From a candidate division WOR-3 bacterium (GTDB lineage: Bacteria; Hydrothermota; Hydrothermia; JBDRYB01): a stretch of DNA of 64,000 nt. The stretch is from NCBI GenBank assembly GCA_039803205.1, contig JBDRYB010000001.1, positions 203,413 through 267,412 of the forward strand, in the 5' to 3' direction. Below, one piece after another: positions 27,990 to 37,800 of the stretch. The position numbers were made by a program, and so were the translations under genes. The stretch's first letter is position 1. Each line of letters starts with the position of its first letter. The notes under the pieces are model-generated. The model was not told the DNA's origin, searched no databases, and saw only the letters and a program-made list of their open reading frames with translations.

Positions 27990-28709
27990 ATGCGAGTCAT
28001 AATAACTGGCGGTTCAAGGGGAATAGGCTTTGAGATAGCGAAGAGGTTCGCAGAGGGCGGAAGCTTGGCCCTCGTTGATGTTCTGGAGGAGGATCTGAGG
28101 AGCGCTGAGGCGAGCTTGAAGGGGATGGGGGCGGATACAAGGGTCTTCATCGCTGATGTGAGGGATCGCGCGAGAGCGGAGGAGATAGCAAGGTCCCTTG
28201 TAGATGCCTGGGGGGGAATTGATCTCCTCGTGAACAACGCTGGTGTGACGAGGGACAAGCTCTTCATGCGCATGGAAGAGGAGGATTGGAACGCGGTCAT
28301 AGACATCAACCTCAAGGGCGCCTTCGTCTATTCAAGGGCTGTCTTCCCGATCATGCTGAGGCAGAGATCCGGAGTCATAATCAACATCTCGTCCGTGGTC
28401 GGAATAATCGGAAACCTCGGCCAGACCGCTTATTCAGCCTCAAAGGCCGGCCTTATCGCGCTGACGAAATCCCTGGCAAAGGAAGGAGGCAAGCGGGGGG
28501 TGAGGTGCGTGGCTGTGGCTCCGGGTTTCATAAGGACCGCGATGACCGATGCTCTTCCCGAGGAAATAAAATCCGAGTATCTATCAAGGATAGCCCTCGG
28601 CAGGTTCGGAGAGGCCTCGGAGGTCGCGGAGCTGGTCCATTTCCTGGCGTCTGAGAGGGCATCCTATATCACGGGCCAGGTTTTCGTGATCGACGGAGGG
28701 ATGATATGA
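27990..28709 (+). CDS. fabG: 3-oxoacyl-ACP reductase
   Basis: TGGSRGIG, NNAGVTRD, YSASK and VAPGFIRT motifs. Confidence 0.93.
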   Translation: MRVIITGGSRGIGFEIAKRFAEGGSLALVDVLEEDLRSAEASLKGMGADTRVFIADVRDRARAEEIARSLVDAWGGIDLLVNNAGVTRDKLFMRMEEEDWNAVIDINLKGAFVYSRAVFPIMLRQRSGVIINISSVVGIIGNLGQTAYSASKAGLIALTKSLAKEGGKRGVRCVAVAPGFIRTAMTDALPEEIKSEYLSRIALGRFGEASEVAELVHFLASERASYITGQVFVIDGGMI

Positions 28710-28733
28710 TCTTGAAAAATTGGAGGTTTTGAG

Positions 28734-30167
28734 ATGCCAGAGGTAAAGGCCCTGAAATGCGCTTCGTGCGGAGCGCCCCTAGAGGCCGAAAAGGGCCAGA
28801 CCAGGATCAAGTGCCCCTTCTGCGGAACCGTTAACATGATAGAGCCAGAGCCAGGGGAGGCTGAAATACCGAGCATAACGATTGATCTGAGCGAGCTAGT
28901 TGAGACAGCCATCGCTGAGGCTGAGAAGGCGCCCAGGCCCGCCCCCCCTCCAGCGGGATTAAAAGCCGCTGGCATAACAGCAGTAATAATTTTGCTCTTA
29001 CTCATTTTGATCCCGGTGGGCCTCTCTATTGGGATCCCCTTGCTCATAAAGAAGGCGGGTAGTTATTCCCTCCGCCAGGCAGGGATCAAGGGTGACAAAA
29101 TGGTGGCTGTCCTATACAAGGATTCAAAGTATCACTTGGGCCGCGTGAACCCGAAGAACGGCAAGATCATCTGGCGGAAGGAATTGGGCAAGGAGTATTC
29201 GATCGCGAGTATAGCCATAGGCGATGAGAGGGTTTATACCGCATCAGGGGATGGTTCTCTGAGTTGCTATGACCTGGATAACGGCAGTTTGCTCTGGGAA
29301 GCCAACACCCGCGCGTATGTTTATCTGAACAACCTCGTTCCCCTTGGGAATGGCGTATGCTTTTTGGGCAACGATGACACCCTCAGGTTCTTCAACGCGG
29401 ATGGGAAACAGACCTTGAGCCGATGCTATAAAACCTATTGCTTGCCAAGGGCCCAGGGCGAAAGGATATATCTGGCCCAGGACAGCTTGCTCTCGGCTAT
29501 CAACCCCGAAAACGGGAAGGCTGTTTTCACGACGAGATTGGGTTTTGACCCCAGATACATGTGTTTGGACCCCTCTGGAATTTATGTTCTCGGCAATGCC
29601 TATTGGCAGAGCAAGACATGCCTCGTCAAACTCGATCTCAAGACCGGCTCTGTGCTCTGGGAGAACGCGTATCCTGAGACTTACGCTTACGATTCTCTGC
29701 TGGCACTGGGCAAAACCCTTTATCTCTTTGACGATTCTTTAGCCTCCGTTAGCTCATCCAGCGGCCAGAGGCTTGGAAATTTCTACGATGAGGCTTGGGA
29801 ACCCACGCGCGTGATCCCTGGGGATGACAATACCTACATCGTTCTCAGGAGGTCAAGGGGCGTCACGGCGTTCAGGCTCGTATCCGCTGATCCTGGTTCA
29901 CTGGCCACCACTTGGAGAGAGGAGCTCAAGGACACCCTGGTTGTCTTTGGAGACGGTGCCTTCATCATTGACACCGCATCGGATGGAGCAATCGTCAGAA
30001 AGCTGGATGGCAAAACCGGCAAAGAGCTCTGGAAGAAAAAGATTGAGCTGAAAGGCTACATCTGGGATGCCTTTTTGGCAGGAGGCAATTTGATCATAGA
30101 GGGTTCGGGGGCAACTCTCGCCATAAGAACCAAGGACGGCAAGAAGGCCTGGAAGGGGATAAGATAG
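28734..30167 (+). CDS. Membrane-anchored PQQ-type beta-propeller with N-terminal zinc ribbon
   Basis: CASC...CPFCG, one TM helix, repeated D..tGk.lW motifs. Confidence 0.75.
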   Translation: MPEVKALKCASCGAPLEAEKGQTRIKCPFCGTVNMIEPEPGEAEIPSITIDLSELVETAIAEAEKAPRPAPPPAGLKAAGITAVIILLLLILIPVGLSIGIPLLIKKAGSYSLRQAGIKGDKMVAVLYKDSKYHLGRVNPKNGKIIWRKELGKEYSIASIAIGDERVYTASGDGSLSCYDLDNGSLLWEANTRAYVYLNNLVPLGNGVCFLGNDDTLRFFNADGKQTLSRCYKTYCLPRAQGERIYLAQDSLLSAINPENGKAVFTTRLGFDPRYMCLDPSGIYVLGNAYWQSKTCLVKLDLKTGSVLWENAYPETYAYDSLLALGKTLYLFDDSLASVSSSSGQRLGNFYDEAWEPTRVIPGDDNTYIVLRRSRGVTAFRLVSADPGSLATTWREELKDTLVVFGDGAFIIDTASDGAIVRKLDGKTGKELWKKKIELKGYIWDAFLAGGNLIIEGSGATLAIRTKDGKKAWKGIR

Positions 30168-30186
30168 GATAACCCCGGGATCATAA

Positions 30187-30603
30187 CTATTGAAAGCTCA
30201 GCACCCTCAGGAGCCAGAGAGCGGCAACGGCCCTTTTCTCAAAGACGCCAACTGGGCCATCCAGATGGCCTATTGTCCTGTATGAAGCGTCGGTTATGTC
30301 CCCGTCGTCCTCTATGTGAAGGATAGTTCTGTAGCTCTCATCCGTGACATCCCCATCTTCCTCAACATGGCCTATTGTCCTGTATGAATCGTCGGTTATG
30401 TCCCCGTCGTCCTCAATGTGGCCTATTGTCCTGTATGAATCGTCGGTTATGTCCCCGTCTTCTTCAATATGCGCTATTGTCCTGTAGCTTTCGTCAGTTA
30501 TGCGTCCATCGGCCTCCAAGTGGGCTATCGTCCTGTAGCTGTCATCGCGGACGGTTATATCCCCTGAGAAAACCATCGCGCTCAACAGAAAAATCTCTAT
30601 CAT
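30187..30603 (-). CDS. Beta-flower-like 17-aa repeat protein
   Basis: Six D(D/E/A)SYRTIxHxExDGxIT repeats (51 bp each) plus a hydrophobic C-terminal helix. Confidence 0.65.
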   Translation of the reverse strand: MIEIFLLSAMVFSGDITVRDDSYRTIAHLEADGRITDESYRTIAHIEEDGDITDDSYRTIGHIEDDGDITDDSYRTIGHVEEDGDVTDESYRTILHIEDDGDITDASYRTIGHLDGPVGVFEKRAVAALWLLRVLSFQ

Positions 30604-30713
30604 GGTCTTAATTATCGGGCTTTGCCGCGGATCATTTCAACTGAGAAGAGAAGGTATCCTCCAGGCAGGTTTTTGCATTATAATTTGCATCTTAGCAACC
30701 ATGGAGGTGCAAG

Positions 30714-32264
30714 ATGAAGCACTTGTCAGCCGTAATAGCTTTGGCAGTCTCCGTGAGCTGGGGAGGACTGCCGCATGTGAAGGACGGAAGGGGCGGAGGG
30801 ATAGAGCCCCAAATCAATGAGGGCTCTAGGGACCCGGTCCTTGTTCCCTCAGGCCCAGTCACTTGGGTAAAGACATACATAACATCCCAGAGGGCTGAGA
30901 TATGGTTCCTGGCGCCGAATCACCATGCGGCTACGGACATGGACAACGATGGAGACATAGATATTGTCTTTACAGCGCTGAGCTCGGACGATCCATGGTG
31001 GGGCCAGGTATACATAGCCTACAACCAGAACTTCCCGGTGTTCTCCGTCTCAGCAATAAGCCCAGAGGTCAGAACACCATACGCGCTTGATGTTGACGAC
31101 AGGAACGGGGATGGCCTCAAGGATGTCCTCTACTGCTCTGCCAGATATCACGAGGATACCTGGGGAGACACATATGGGCATCCCTTCTGGCTCATGGCCC
31201 CGAGCTGGACCCAAATTGACCTGGGGGAGTATGACTTCCCGAACCACTGCGCGGCATGGGACTTTGATGGGGATGGGATCCTTGACGCGGTCTTCGGGGA
31301 TGAGAATTCCGCTGTTTATGTCTCCCTCACTGGGGGAGCTGGACTGATAACAGTCATGTCCGGCTACGGCGAGGGGGTTTCCATAGGTGATTTCAACGAG
31401 GATGGCCAGATGGATATAGTATCAGCTGGTTGGGGGCCTGTTGCCGTGGCGCTGAACCAGGGAGGAGGACAGAGCTGGAACGCCTATCAGGTTCACGCTA
31501 AGGCCGGCCACGGCGTCCAGGTTGGCGATGTGAACGGCGATGGCCATCTTGATATAGTGGGTTGCCACCAGGATGTGATGCTCCTTCTCGGCAACGGGGC
31601 AGGTGGCTTTACTCCGGTGACCGTTTATTCTAATTTCGCTGATACCCTCCCGGGTTTCGGCGGCCTCTCCGAGTCCGAGGTGGGAATCGCTGACATTGAC
31701 GGCGATGGGGATCGGGACATAATCGTCTCAACCATGAGGCCTTTGGTCCACACCATAGCCTGGTTTGACAACCTGGGAGGCAATCCCCCGACATTCCAGA
31801 TGTGGCCCGTTGAACCAGGGACAGGCCAGAGCTCGTATGGGGTTGAGGTAAAGGATGTCAACAGGGATGGATGTGTTGATATTGTCGCTGGGGTCGGGCC
31901 AAATCTCTATGTGTGGCTGAACACGGACTGCGCTACCGACATAACAGAGGGGTATGCCGAGAGGCCGAAAGAGGAGCTCGGGTTTACCGGCAGATTTTCC
32001 TCTGGCATCCTGAGCCTCACCAGCACGAGGCCTTCCGAGGGTTCTGTTTCTCTTGAGGTATACAACGCTTTGGGCGCGAGGGTTGCCAGGGCCAGCTTCT
32101 CCGGAAGGGAGTTCTCTTTGCCCCTCTCTGTTCCAAAGGGAACATATATCTGCGTTCTCCGAGCCGAAGGCGAGAGGTTCACTGGGAAGTTCGCTGACGA
32201 GGGGACATTCACCCTGAAAAAAATGGAGAGGATAAGGCCTTCAGAGATGGAGAAGGGGGAGTAA
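30714..32264 (+). CDS. Secreted FG-GAP/VCBS repeat protein with T9SS-like CTD
   Basis: Seven DxD/NxDGxxDI motifs; LEVYNALGARV...GTY tail. Confidence 0.85.
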   Translation: MKHLSAVIALAVSVSWGGLPHVKDGRGGGIEPQINEGSRDPVLVPSGPVTWVKTYITSQRAEIWFLAPNHHAATDMDNDGDIDIVFTALSSDDPWWGQVYIAYNQNFPVFSVSAISPEVRTPYALDVDDRNGDGLKDVLYCSARYHEDTWGDTYGHPFWLMAPSWTQIDLGEYDFPNHCAAWDFDGDGILDAVFGDENSAVYVSLTGGAGLITVMSGYGEGVSIGDFNEDGQMDIVSAGWGPVAVALNQGGGQSWNAYQVHAKAGHGVQVGDVNGDGHLDIVGCHQDVMLLLGNGAGGFTPVTVYSNFADTLPGFGGLSESEVGIADIDGDGDRDIIVSTMRPLVHTIAWFDNLGGNPPTFQMWPVEPGTGQSSYGVEVKDVNRDGCVDIVAGVGPNLYVWLNTDCATDITEGYAERPKEELGFTGRFSSGILSLTSTRPSEGSVSLEVYNALGARVARASFSGREFSLPLSVPKGTYICVLRAEGERFTGKFADEGTFTLKKMERIRPSEMEKGE

Positions 32265-32280
32265 TCCTTCTCGCATAAAA

Positions 32281-32322
32281 TAACAAAAGGGCCGGCTATA
32301 TCGTTCAGCCGGCCTTTTGTTA
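32281..32322. terminator. Bidirectional intrinsic terminator
   Basis: TAACAAAAGGGCCGGCT-loop-AGCCGGCCTTTTGTTA between convergent genes. Confidence 0.8.
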
Positions 32323-32333
32323 ATCTCTTCTGG

Positions 32334-33473
32334 CTACTCCAGGACGATGATGTTCCTGGGCTCGCAGATCGCCTTGAGCTCCTTTGGCCACACGGAGACG
32401 GTAACCTCACCGAGGTGAGCCGTGCGCAGGAGATACATGTATGTCCGGCCCTGGCCAATCCCTCCGCCTATGGAAAGGGGGATCTGGTCATTCAGGATTG
32501 CTTGATGATAGGGGAGTTGCAGGAAGTGTTCCTGGCCAGTTTCCTTTAACTGCTGGACCAGGGTCTCCTTCGTCACCCTGATGCCCATGGATGTGAGCTC
32601 GTGCCTGCGCCTCGTTACCGGGTTCCAAACCAGGATGTCCCCGTTCAGGCCGTGCATTTGCTTTCCGTTCTTGACTATGGTTGGCGTGATCCAGTCATCG
32701 TAGTCTGCGGCGCGCATCTCGTGCGGATAGCCGTCCTCAAGGGTATAGCCTATGCCTATAATGAATATGGCTGGCGCGACCTCGGTGAGCATCTTTGTCT
32801 CGCGCTGTTTGCGGGGCAGGTTCGGATAGCGTTCAAGTATCTCCTCCGCGTGGAAGAACTCAAGCTTCTTGGGGATCGGCGGATACTTGTCCGTGGCCAG
32901 CACGGGATATTCCTTCTGGATCATCTGGCCCGCCTCGTATATGACCCCCCAGATCGTCTCCACGGTCTTCTTCAGGTAATCCAGGTTCCTATCCTTCTCC
33001 GTGATGACCTTCTCCCAGTCCCACTGATCAACATAGGAGCTGTGATCGTGATCCAAGAAGTAATCCTTGCGAACAGCGCGCATGTCAGTGAGGATTCCCT
33101 CTCCGACCTGGCACTCAAACTGCTTCAGGGCCATGCGCTTCCATTTCGTCGCGGCCTGAACGATCTGCGCTTCTATGGGCTTTTCAAGTCCGAGTCCGCA
33201 GAGGAACTCAATCGGGGTGCGCGAGCCATCCCGGTCCAGGTAGTCATTCACTCCGCTCTCCTTTGTCACGATAAGGGGCACCTGAACCATGAAGAGGTTG
33301 AGCTCCTTGCAGAGGTTCTCCTCAATAAACTGCTTTACTTTATAGAGGGCCTTCATCCGATCCTTTGGGCCCAACAAAGGCTTGTAATCATTGGGGAGGA
33401 TCTTCTCCACCTCCTCATAGGTGCTCACACCTGGTCCGGCCAAATCCTTTGTCTTGTCGTAGCTCTGCTGCAT
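32334..33473 (-). CDS. asnA: Aspartate--ammonia ligase
   Basis: KWKRMAL, HSSYVDQWDWEKVI, RAADYDDW, LNGDILVWN and SIGGGIGQ motifs. Confidence 0.95.
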   Translation of the reverse strand: MQQSYDKTKDLAGPGVSTYEEVEKILPNDYKPLLGPKDRMKALYKVKQFIEENLCKELNLFMVQVPLIVTKESGVNDYLDRDGSRTPIEFLCGLGLEKPIEAQIVQAATKWKRMALKQFECQVGEGILTDMRAVRKDYFLDHDHSSYVDQWDWEKVITEKDRNLDYLKKTVETIWGVIYEAGQMIQKEYPVLATDKYPPIPKKLEFFHAEEILERYPNLPRKQRETKMLTEVAPAIFIIGIGYTLEDGYPHEMRAADYDDWITPTIVKNGKQMHGLNGDILVWNPVTRRRHELTSMGIRVTKETLVQQLKETGQEHFLQLPYHQAILNDQIPLSIGGGIGQGRTYMYLLRTAHLGEVTVSVWPKELKAICEPRNIIVLE

Positions 33474-33530
33474 AGTTCTCTCCTTTTAGTGAGCCAATAG
33501 CTCATGTGTTTCTGTTCAGAAGGAACTAGA

Positions 33531-34496
33531 TTATAAAATATCGTGCGGAGCAATTTCAATAACGCCCGTGATCCTCGCTACCAGCTCTAGGCACCTTTTC
33601 ACGCCCGGGGTTATCACCAGGTGGGTGTGGTCGTGGGGTTTGACGAGAACGGTATCCCCCACCAATCTAGCAGAGGTAAGAAATCTCTGAAGAAAGCCCC
33701 GTTCTGAGACGAGACAGAGAAAAAGGGCCTCCTGTCCGTCTTGAGAAAGATATGCCTTCATCACACGGAGGACGCTACACTCATGCTTTTCCATTACGGG
33801 AGAGAAATCTCTGACGACCGAGGCCAGGTCCTTGGGAGCTCTCATTTTTATCTGACTCATCTCGATCTCCGCAGGAAAAAGCCCAGAAACATCCGGCTCG
33901 CTCCTCTTTCTAAAGAGCAAAGGATAAATCGCCCTTCCCTTCGCGCGCCACTTCTCGTGATACTTTGTCATCGGGACGGGCCATGTTTCGGACTCGAGCT
34001 CAAAGGCCCCGGAAACCACTGCCTCTGAGATCACCCAGTCCCGATAATCCGGCCAATCGGTAGCCACAAGAGCCTCGCCCCCATCAACTGTTCTCGCAGA
34101 AAGGAGCTTGAAAAAGCCGGATGAAAGAAGCCTGCGGTGTTCGTGCTTTGCCTTTGGCCACGGCTCAGGAAAGAGAACCCATGTCCGGGATATGCTTCTG
34201 GCTGGCAGAAAATAGAAGAGCGCTGAGGCCGCGTCAATCTTTGCTATCCTGACATTCCGTATCCCCGCGCGAGCGAGCCTCTTGGAGGCCTTCAACACCG
34301 AAAGGGAAGAGACCTCAAGGCCCAGAATGTTCAGATCCGGCCTCTCACCTGCCCTTTGAACGAGAAAATCCCCCCTTCCAAAGCCTATCTCAAGCTCCAA
34401 AGGGGCATCCCTTCCGAAAAGCGCTGAGAGGACAAAGGGCCTTTTGGCCTTAAAGGGATCAAAAATCGGCCAATCTATCGGTTCCTTATCTCCCAT
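33531..34496 (-). CDS. trmB: tRNA (guanine46-N7)-methyltransferase with C-terminal extension
   Basis: LEIGFGRG, FPEPWPKAKHEHRRL, ATD and TKYHEK motifs. Confidence 0.9.
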   Translation of the reverse strand: MGDKEPIDWPIFDPFKAKRPFVLSALFGRDAPLELEIGFGRGDFLVQRAGERPDLNILGLEVSSLSVLKASKRLARAGIRNVRIAKIDAASALFYFLPARSISRTWVLFPEPWPKAKHEHRRLLSSGFFKLLSARTVDGGEALVATDWPDYRDWVISEAVVSGAFELESETWPVPMTKYHEKWRAKGRAIYPLLFRKRSEPDVSGLFPAEIEMSQIKMRAPKDLASVVRDFSPVMEKHECSVLRVMKAYLSQDGQEALFLCLVSERGFLQRFLTSARLVGDTVLVKPHDHTHLVITPGVKRCLELVARITGVIEIAPHDIL

Positions 34497-34939
34497 ATGA
34501 ATGGGACAGAGGGATCATCTATCCGAACCCTGAATTCATCGGGATTTTCGTAGTTATAAAGCTTGTCGGGCACATTTATCACGAGAGCTGTTTCGCTCCC
34601 AAGCGCCTGAAAGCCGTGCATGACCAAGGGAGGTATGACAACTAGGCAGGGGTTGAGGTCCCCGATAAAGAGCTCTGTTATCATGCCTTTTGTTGGAGAA
34701 TCATCCCTCGGATCGTATAGGCCGAGACGGATCATTCCCCTCACGCAAGCGACGAAATCCGTCTGATGCTTGTGGTAGTGCCAAGCCTTTATCACACCGG
34801 GATAGACCGCGGTGAGGTAGACCTGGCCGAAAACCCTGAAATCAGGGTCATCTGAGCGAAGTATCTCGGTAAGCCACCCGCGATCATCCGGGATGACCCT
34901 GAGAGGTTTAACCCTGAGGCCATCTATGCCATGGTTCAT
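34475..34939 (-). CDS. rmlC: dTDP-4-dehydrorhamnose 3,5-epimerase family cupin
   Basis: DDRGWLTE, PGVIKAWHYH, D.R.DSPT and IPP.V.HGF motifs. Confidence 0.85.
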   Translation of the reverse strand: MNHGIDGLRVKPLRVIPDDRGWLTEILRSDDPDFRVFGQVYLTAVYPGVIKAWHYHKHQTDFVACVRGMIRLGLYDPRDDSPTKGMITELFIGDLNPCLVVIPPLVMHGFQALGSETALVINVPDKLYNYENPDEFRVRIDDPSVPFIWEIRNR

Positions 34940-35865
34940 AAGAGAGGCTTTGGAAAGGCCGAGAGGCTCACCAGGTTTCCATCGTTGAAGAGAGCCCTGG
35001 CAACGATGTCACCGTTTTCTCCTCTTACCTCTTGGCCGAGGCTAACGCCGGGGAATTTCTGCCATCTTACCCCTCTGAGACCCCTCAGAACAGCTATTGC
35101 TTTGGACGGCTCCGTGAATCTGGATGGAGCTCCCATTCTCTCCATCGCATCAAGGGCGTAGGACTCTGCCAGCTTGAGCCTGAGAGCCTCCATCACCTCC
35201 GGCCCCGGAAGGAGATCAAGCCCAAGGAGCTCCTCCCCCGCAAAAGCGATGAAACCAGACGCCCCATCAAGCCTGAAACCCTCAGTGAAAGCGGAAGTGG
35301 CCCTCTCGACCGCTGAGTAAGCGTCGTGCATGGATGAGGTCGCTGATGAGACCCTCATTGAGCTGAGTTTCTTGCTCACGGAGGACCAGACAGCTCCCTG
35401 GTCAGCCGCAAAGCCTTTCCCGGCCCTCAATGACGCGCCAACGCTCTTGGCGAGGATCGCTCTCAGGGAGGGATAAGCGGATGAACCCACCCTGAAGGCC
35501 TTTTCTCCTCTCCAACGGCCCTGTTCAACGCATGTCACTGGGATCCTGTGGGTTAAGCCTGCCTCCGCTAGAATAGCGGTTGCGACGACCCTGTTCTGCA
35601 TCCCCGCAACCAGGCCCTCCCCATCCATTATGAAAAGGGGCCTTCCGCCATCACGGCCGAGTTCTATATCAACCCAAGGCACCCGACCAGTATCGCGAAT
35701 CTTTGCCGAACCAGAAGCAACAGCCTCATCAAGTGTCCTGAAACAGCCCTCGCCCCCATCATCCCTGAACAATGGAAATACAGTGAGGTTCCTGACCATC
35801 CTGGCCTCACCAAGCCTCGCGGGCAATTCCCTCTCAGCTATGCTTAACTCAACTCCTTCCATCAT
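34936..35865 (-). CDS. ARPP-1 / DUF6569-like domain protein
   Basis: NLTVFPL, DGE.L...QNRV, IPVTCVEQGRW, Q..VW and SYALDA motifs. Confidence 0.75.
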   Translation of the reverse strand: MMEGVELSIAERELPARLGEARMVRNLTVFPLFRDDGGEGCFRTLDEAVASGSAKIRDTGRVPWVDIELGRDGGRPLFIMDGEGLVAGMQNRVVATAILAEAGLTHRIPVTCVEQGRWRGEKAFRVGSSAYPSLRAILAKSVGASLRAGKGFAADQGAVWSSVSKKLSSMRVSSATSSMHDAYSAVERATSAFTEGFRLDGASGFIAFAGEELLGLDLLPGPEVMEALRLKLAESYALDAMERMGAPSRFTEPSKAIAVLRGLRGVRWQKFPGVSLGQEVRGENGDIVARALFNDGNLVSLSAFPKPLL

Positions 35866-36045
35866 GGTCTAATTATAAACCAGGTGGCCGAGCTGGATCA
35901 CCATCCGGATATTCCTGGTTAAAAGATAATGTTGACACCATGTTTTTGACCGAAATTAACCCTCCTCAGAAACCAAACTCTGATTTTATGCGAAGCTCAG
36001 AGGATAAACCACCCAAAGATCAGGGTTTTAGTGTCAAGGTTGAAT

Positions 36046-36189
36046 TAAACCTCCGTTTTGGTTTCTCAAAAATAAAAACGCGCCGGCCCCAGCAAATTCC
36101 GGGAGGTGCTGAGTGCCGGGGCCGGCCCTGGGTTTTCATCTCACAACCGCCTTTCCTTTGAATTGGCCAGCCTGCCAGAAGTAGACCCC
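36046..36189 (-). repeat. CTD-end + hairpin + RBS repeat, copy 1
   Basis: Near-identical to 43834-43986 and 37685-37800; GC hairpin 36082-36126 followed by a T-rich tract on the sense strand. Confidence 0.9.
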
Positions 36190-37644
36190 GGCGTCAAGGT
36201 TTATCAGGTTTCTGCCCTTCCTAAGCTCTCCCGAATAGACGAGCTTGCCGTCGGCCTTGTATATCCTCACGAGCATTTCCTCCGGAGAAATGAAGAGCGC
36301 GCCGGCGGGGAGGGGGGAGCAGGTTATGCCGGATTCACTGTATAAACTACTTTCTTCAACAAAGAGAGGCACGCAGGCATCCGTTATGGTCAGGTTCGGA
36401 TTTGTTATCGTTAGGCTTGGAGAAGATAATATGGGAGAGCAAGGAACGCCAACAGAGGGAGATGATGTGGCGGGATAGATATTCATCACGGTCGGAGAAC
36501 AGCTCTGAACACAATCGGTATAATTCCCTTCCGAATCTAGCTTGATAACGAAAAGGTCGTTACCACCAGCACCAAACTTCGCTGTAGTTGCGGCAACAAC
36601 ATATCCTCCTTCAGGGGACTGGATCAGCGAGTAGCCACCATCAGGTGCCATAGACCCATCAAATGTCCTGGCCCAATCCAGAGAGCCGTCCGAGGCGAGC
36701 TTGAGAATGAAGAGATGGTTGCCAATGCCAAAGCTATATGTAAATCCGGCAACTGCGTAACCTCCATCCACGGTCTGGATTATAGAGTATCCCCTATCAG
36801 TGGTGGTTCCGCCATATGTCCTGGCCCAATCCAGAGAACCGTCCGAGGCGAGCTTGAGAATGAAGAGGTCGTTACCACCAGCACCGAAGCTGCTCGTGTA
36901 TCCTGTAATCGCATATCCTCCATCCGTAGTCTGGATTATGGAGTAGGCATTATCATAGTCTGTCCCCCCGTATGTCCTGGCCCAATCCAGAGAACCGTCC
37001 GAGGCGAGCTTGAGAATAAAGATGTCATACGAACCGGCACCGAATACATTTGTCCATCCCACAACAGCATATCCTCCATCATCAGTTTGGATCACCGAGT
37101 TGGCACCGTTATTGGCTGTCCCTCCAAATGTCCTGGCCCAATCAACGGAGCCATCAGAAGCGAGTTTGATAACTAACATGCCGGCAGGGAAAAGACTTCC
37201 TTCTCCCGCGAGCACATATCCTCCATCAGTGGTCTGAATCACTGAATAAACCTGATCATAGCCAGTTCCACCGTATGTTCTTGCCCATTCAAGGGAACCA
37301 TCAGAAGCAAGCTTAAGGACAAGAAAGTCTCTGAGGCCAGCACCGAAGCTTTCTGTCCACCCAGCTACTACATATCCTCCGTCAGTTGTATGGATCACTG
37401 AATATCCCCCCCAATCATAGTTCACCCCTCCGAATGTCTTGGCCCAACTCACAGAACCATCAGGGGCCAGCTTGAGAACAAGGAAGTCATACAGGCCAGC
37501 GCCAAAGCTCTCCGTACGCCCAGCGACCACATATCCTCCATCAGTGCTAGGGGTTATGGAAAATGCCCAATCCAAGCTTGGACCGCCGTATGTCTTGGCC
37601 CACAGGTTCTGCCCCAAAAGAACGGCTATAAAAAGGCTTGTCAT
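36136..37644 (-). CDS. Secreted 7-blade propeller with T9SS-like CTD
   Basis: WARTYGGT...QTTDGGY...ILKLASDGSLD repeats; ends GVYFWQAGQFKGKAVVR. Confidence 0.85.
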   Translation of the reverse strand: MTSLFIAVLLGQNLWAKTYGGPSLDWAFSITPSTDGGYVVAGRTESFGAGLYDFLVLKLAPDGSVSWAKTFGGVNYDWGGYSVIHTTDGGYVVAGWTESFGAGLRDFLVLKLASDGSLEWARTYGGTGYDQVYSVIQTTDGGYVLAGEGSLFPAGMLVIKLASDGSVDWARTFGGTANNGANSVIQTDDGGYAVVGWTNVFGAGSYDIFILKLASDGSLDWARTYGGTDYDNAYSIIQTTDGGYAITGYTSSFGAGGNDLFILKLASDGSLDWARTYGGTTTDRGYSIIQTVDGGYAVAGFTYSFGIGNHLFILKLASDGSLDWARTFDGSMAPDGGYSLIQSPEGGYVVAATTAKFGAGGNDLFVIKLDSEGNYTDCVQSCSPTVMNIYPATSSPSVGVPCSPILSSPSLTITNPNLTITDACVPLFVEESSLYSESGITCSPLPAGALFISPEEMLVRIYKADGKLVYSGELRKGRNLINLDAGVYFWQAGQFKGKAVVR

Positions 37645-37684
37645 GATAAAGACTCCTTTTGTTTCTTTTTTAAGAGAGATATAG

Positions 37685-37800
37685 GCCGGCCCCAGCGAAT
37701 TCCGGGAGGTGCTGAGTGCCGGGGCCGGCCCTGGGTTTTCATCTTACAACAGCCTTTCCTTTGAATTGGCCTGCTTGCCAGAAGTAGACCCCTGGCTCAA
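37685..37800 (-). repeat. CTD-end + hairpin repeat, copy 2
   Basis: GCCGGCCCCAGCGAATTCCGGGAGGTGCTGAGTGCCGGGGCCGGC plus the shared gene end. Confidence 0.9.

Noticed and set aside
32601..33500. Long antisense ORFs (also 6777-7619, 19745-20413, 26743-27480, 62614-63258)
   Set aside because: Shadows of well-supported genes on the opposite strand, with no recognisable motifs.
36082..36135. Integron attC sites for the hairpin repeats
   Set aside because: AAC...GTT is present in copies 1 and 3, but spacing and extrahelical bases do not fit, copy 2 lacks GTT, and no integron integrase is in the window.
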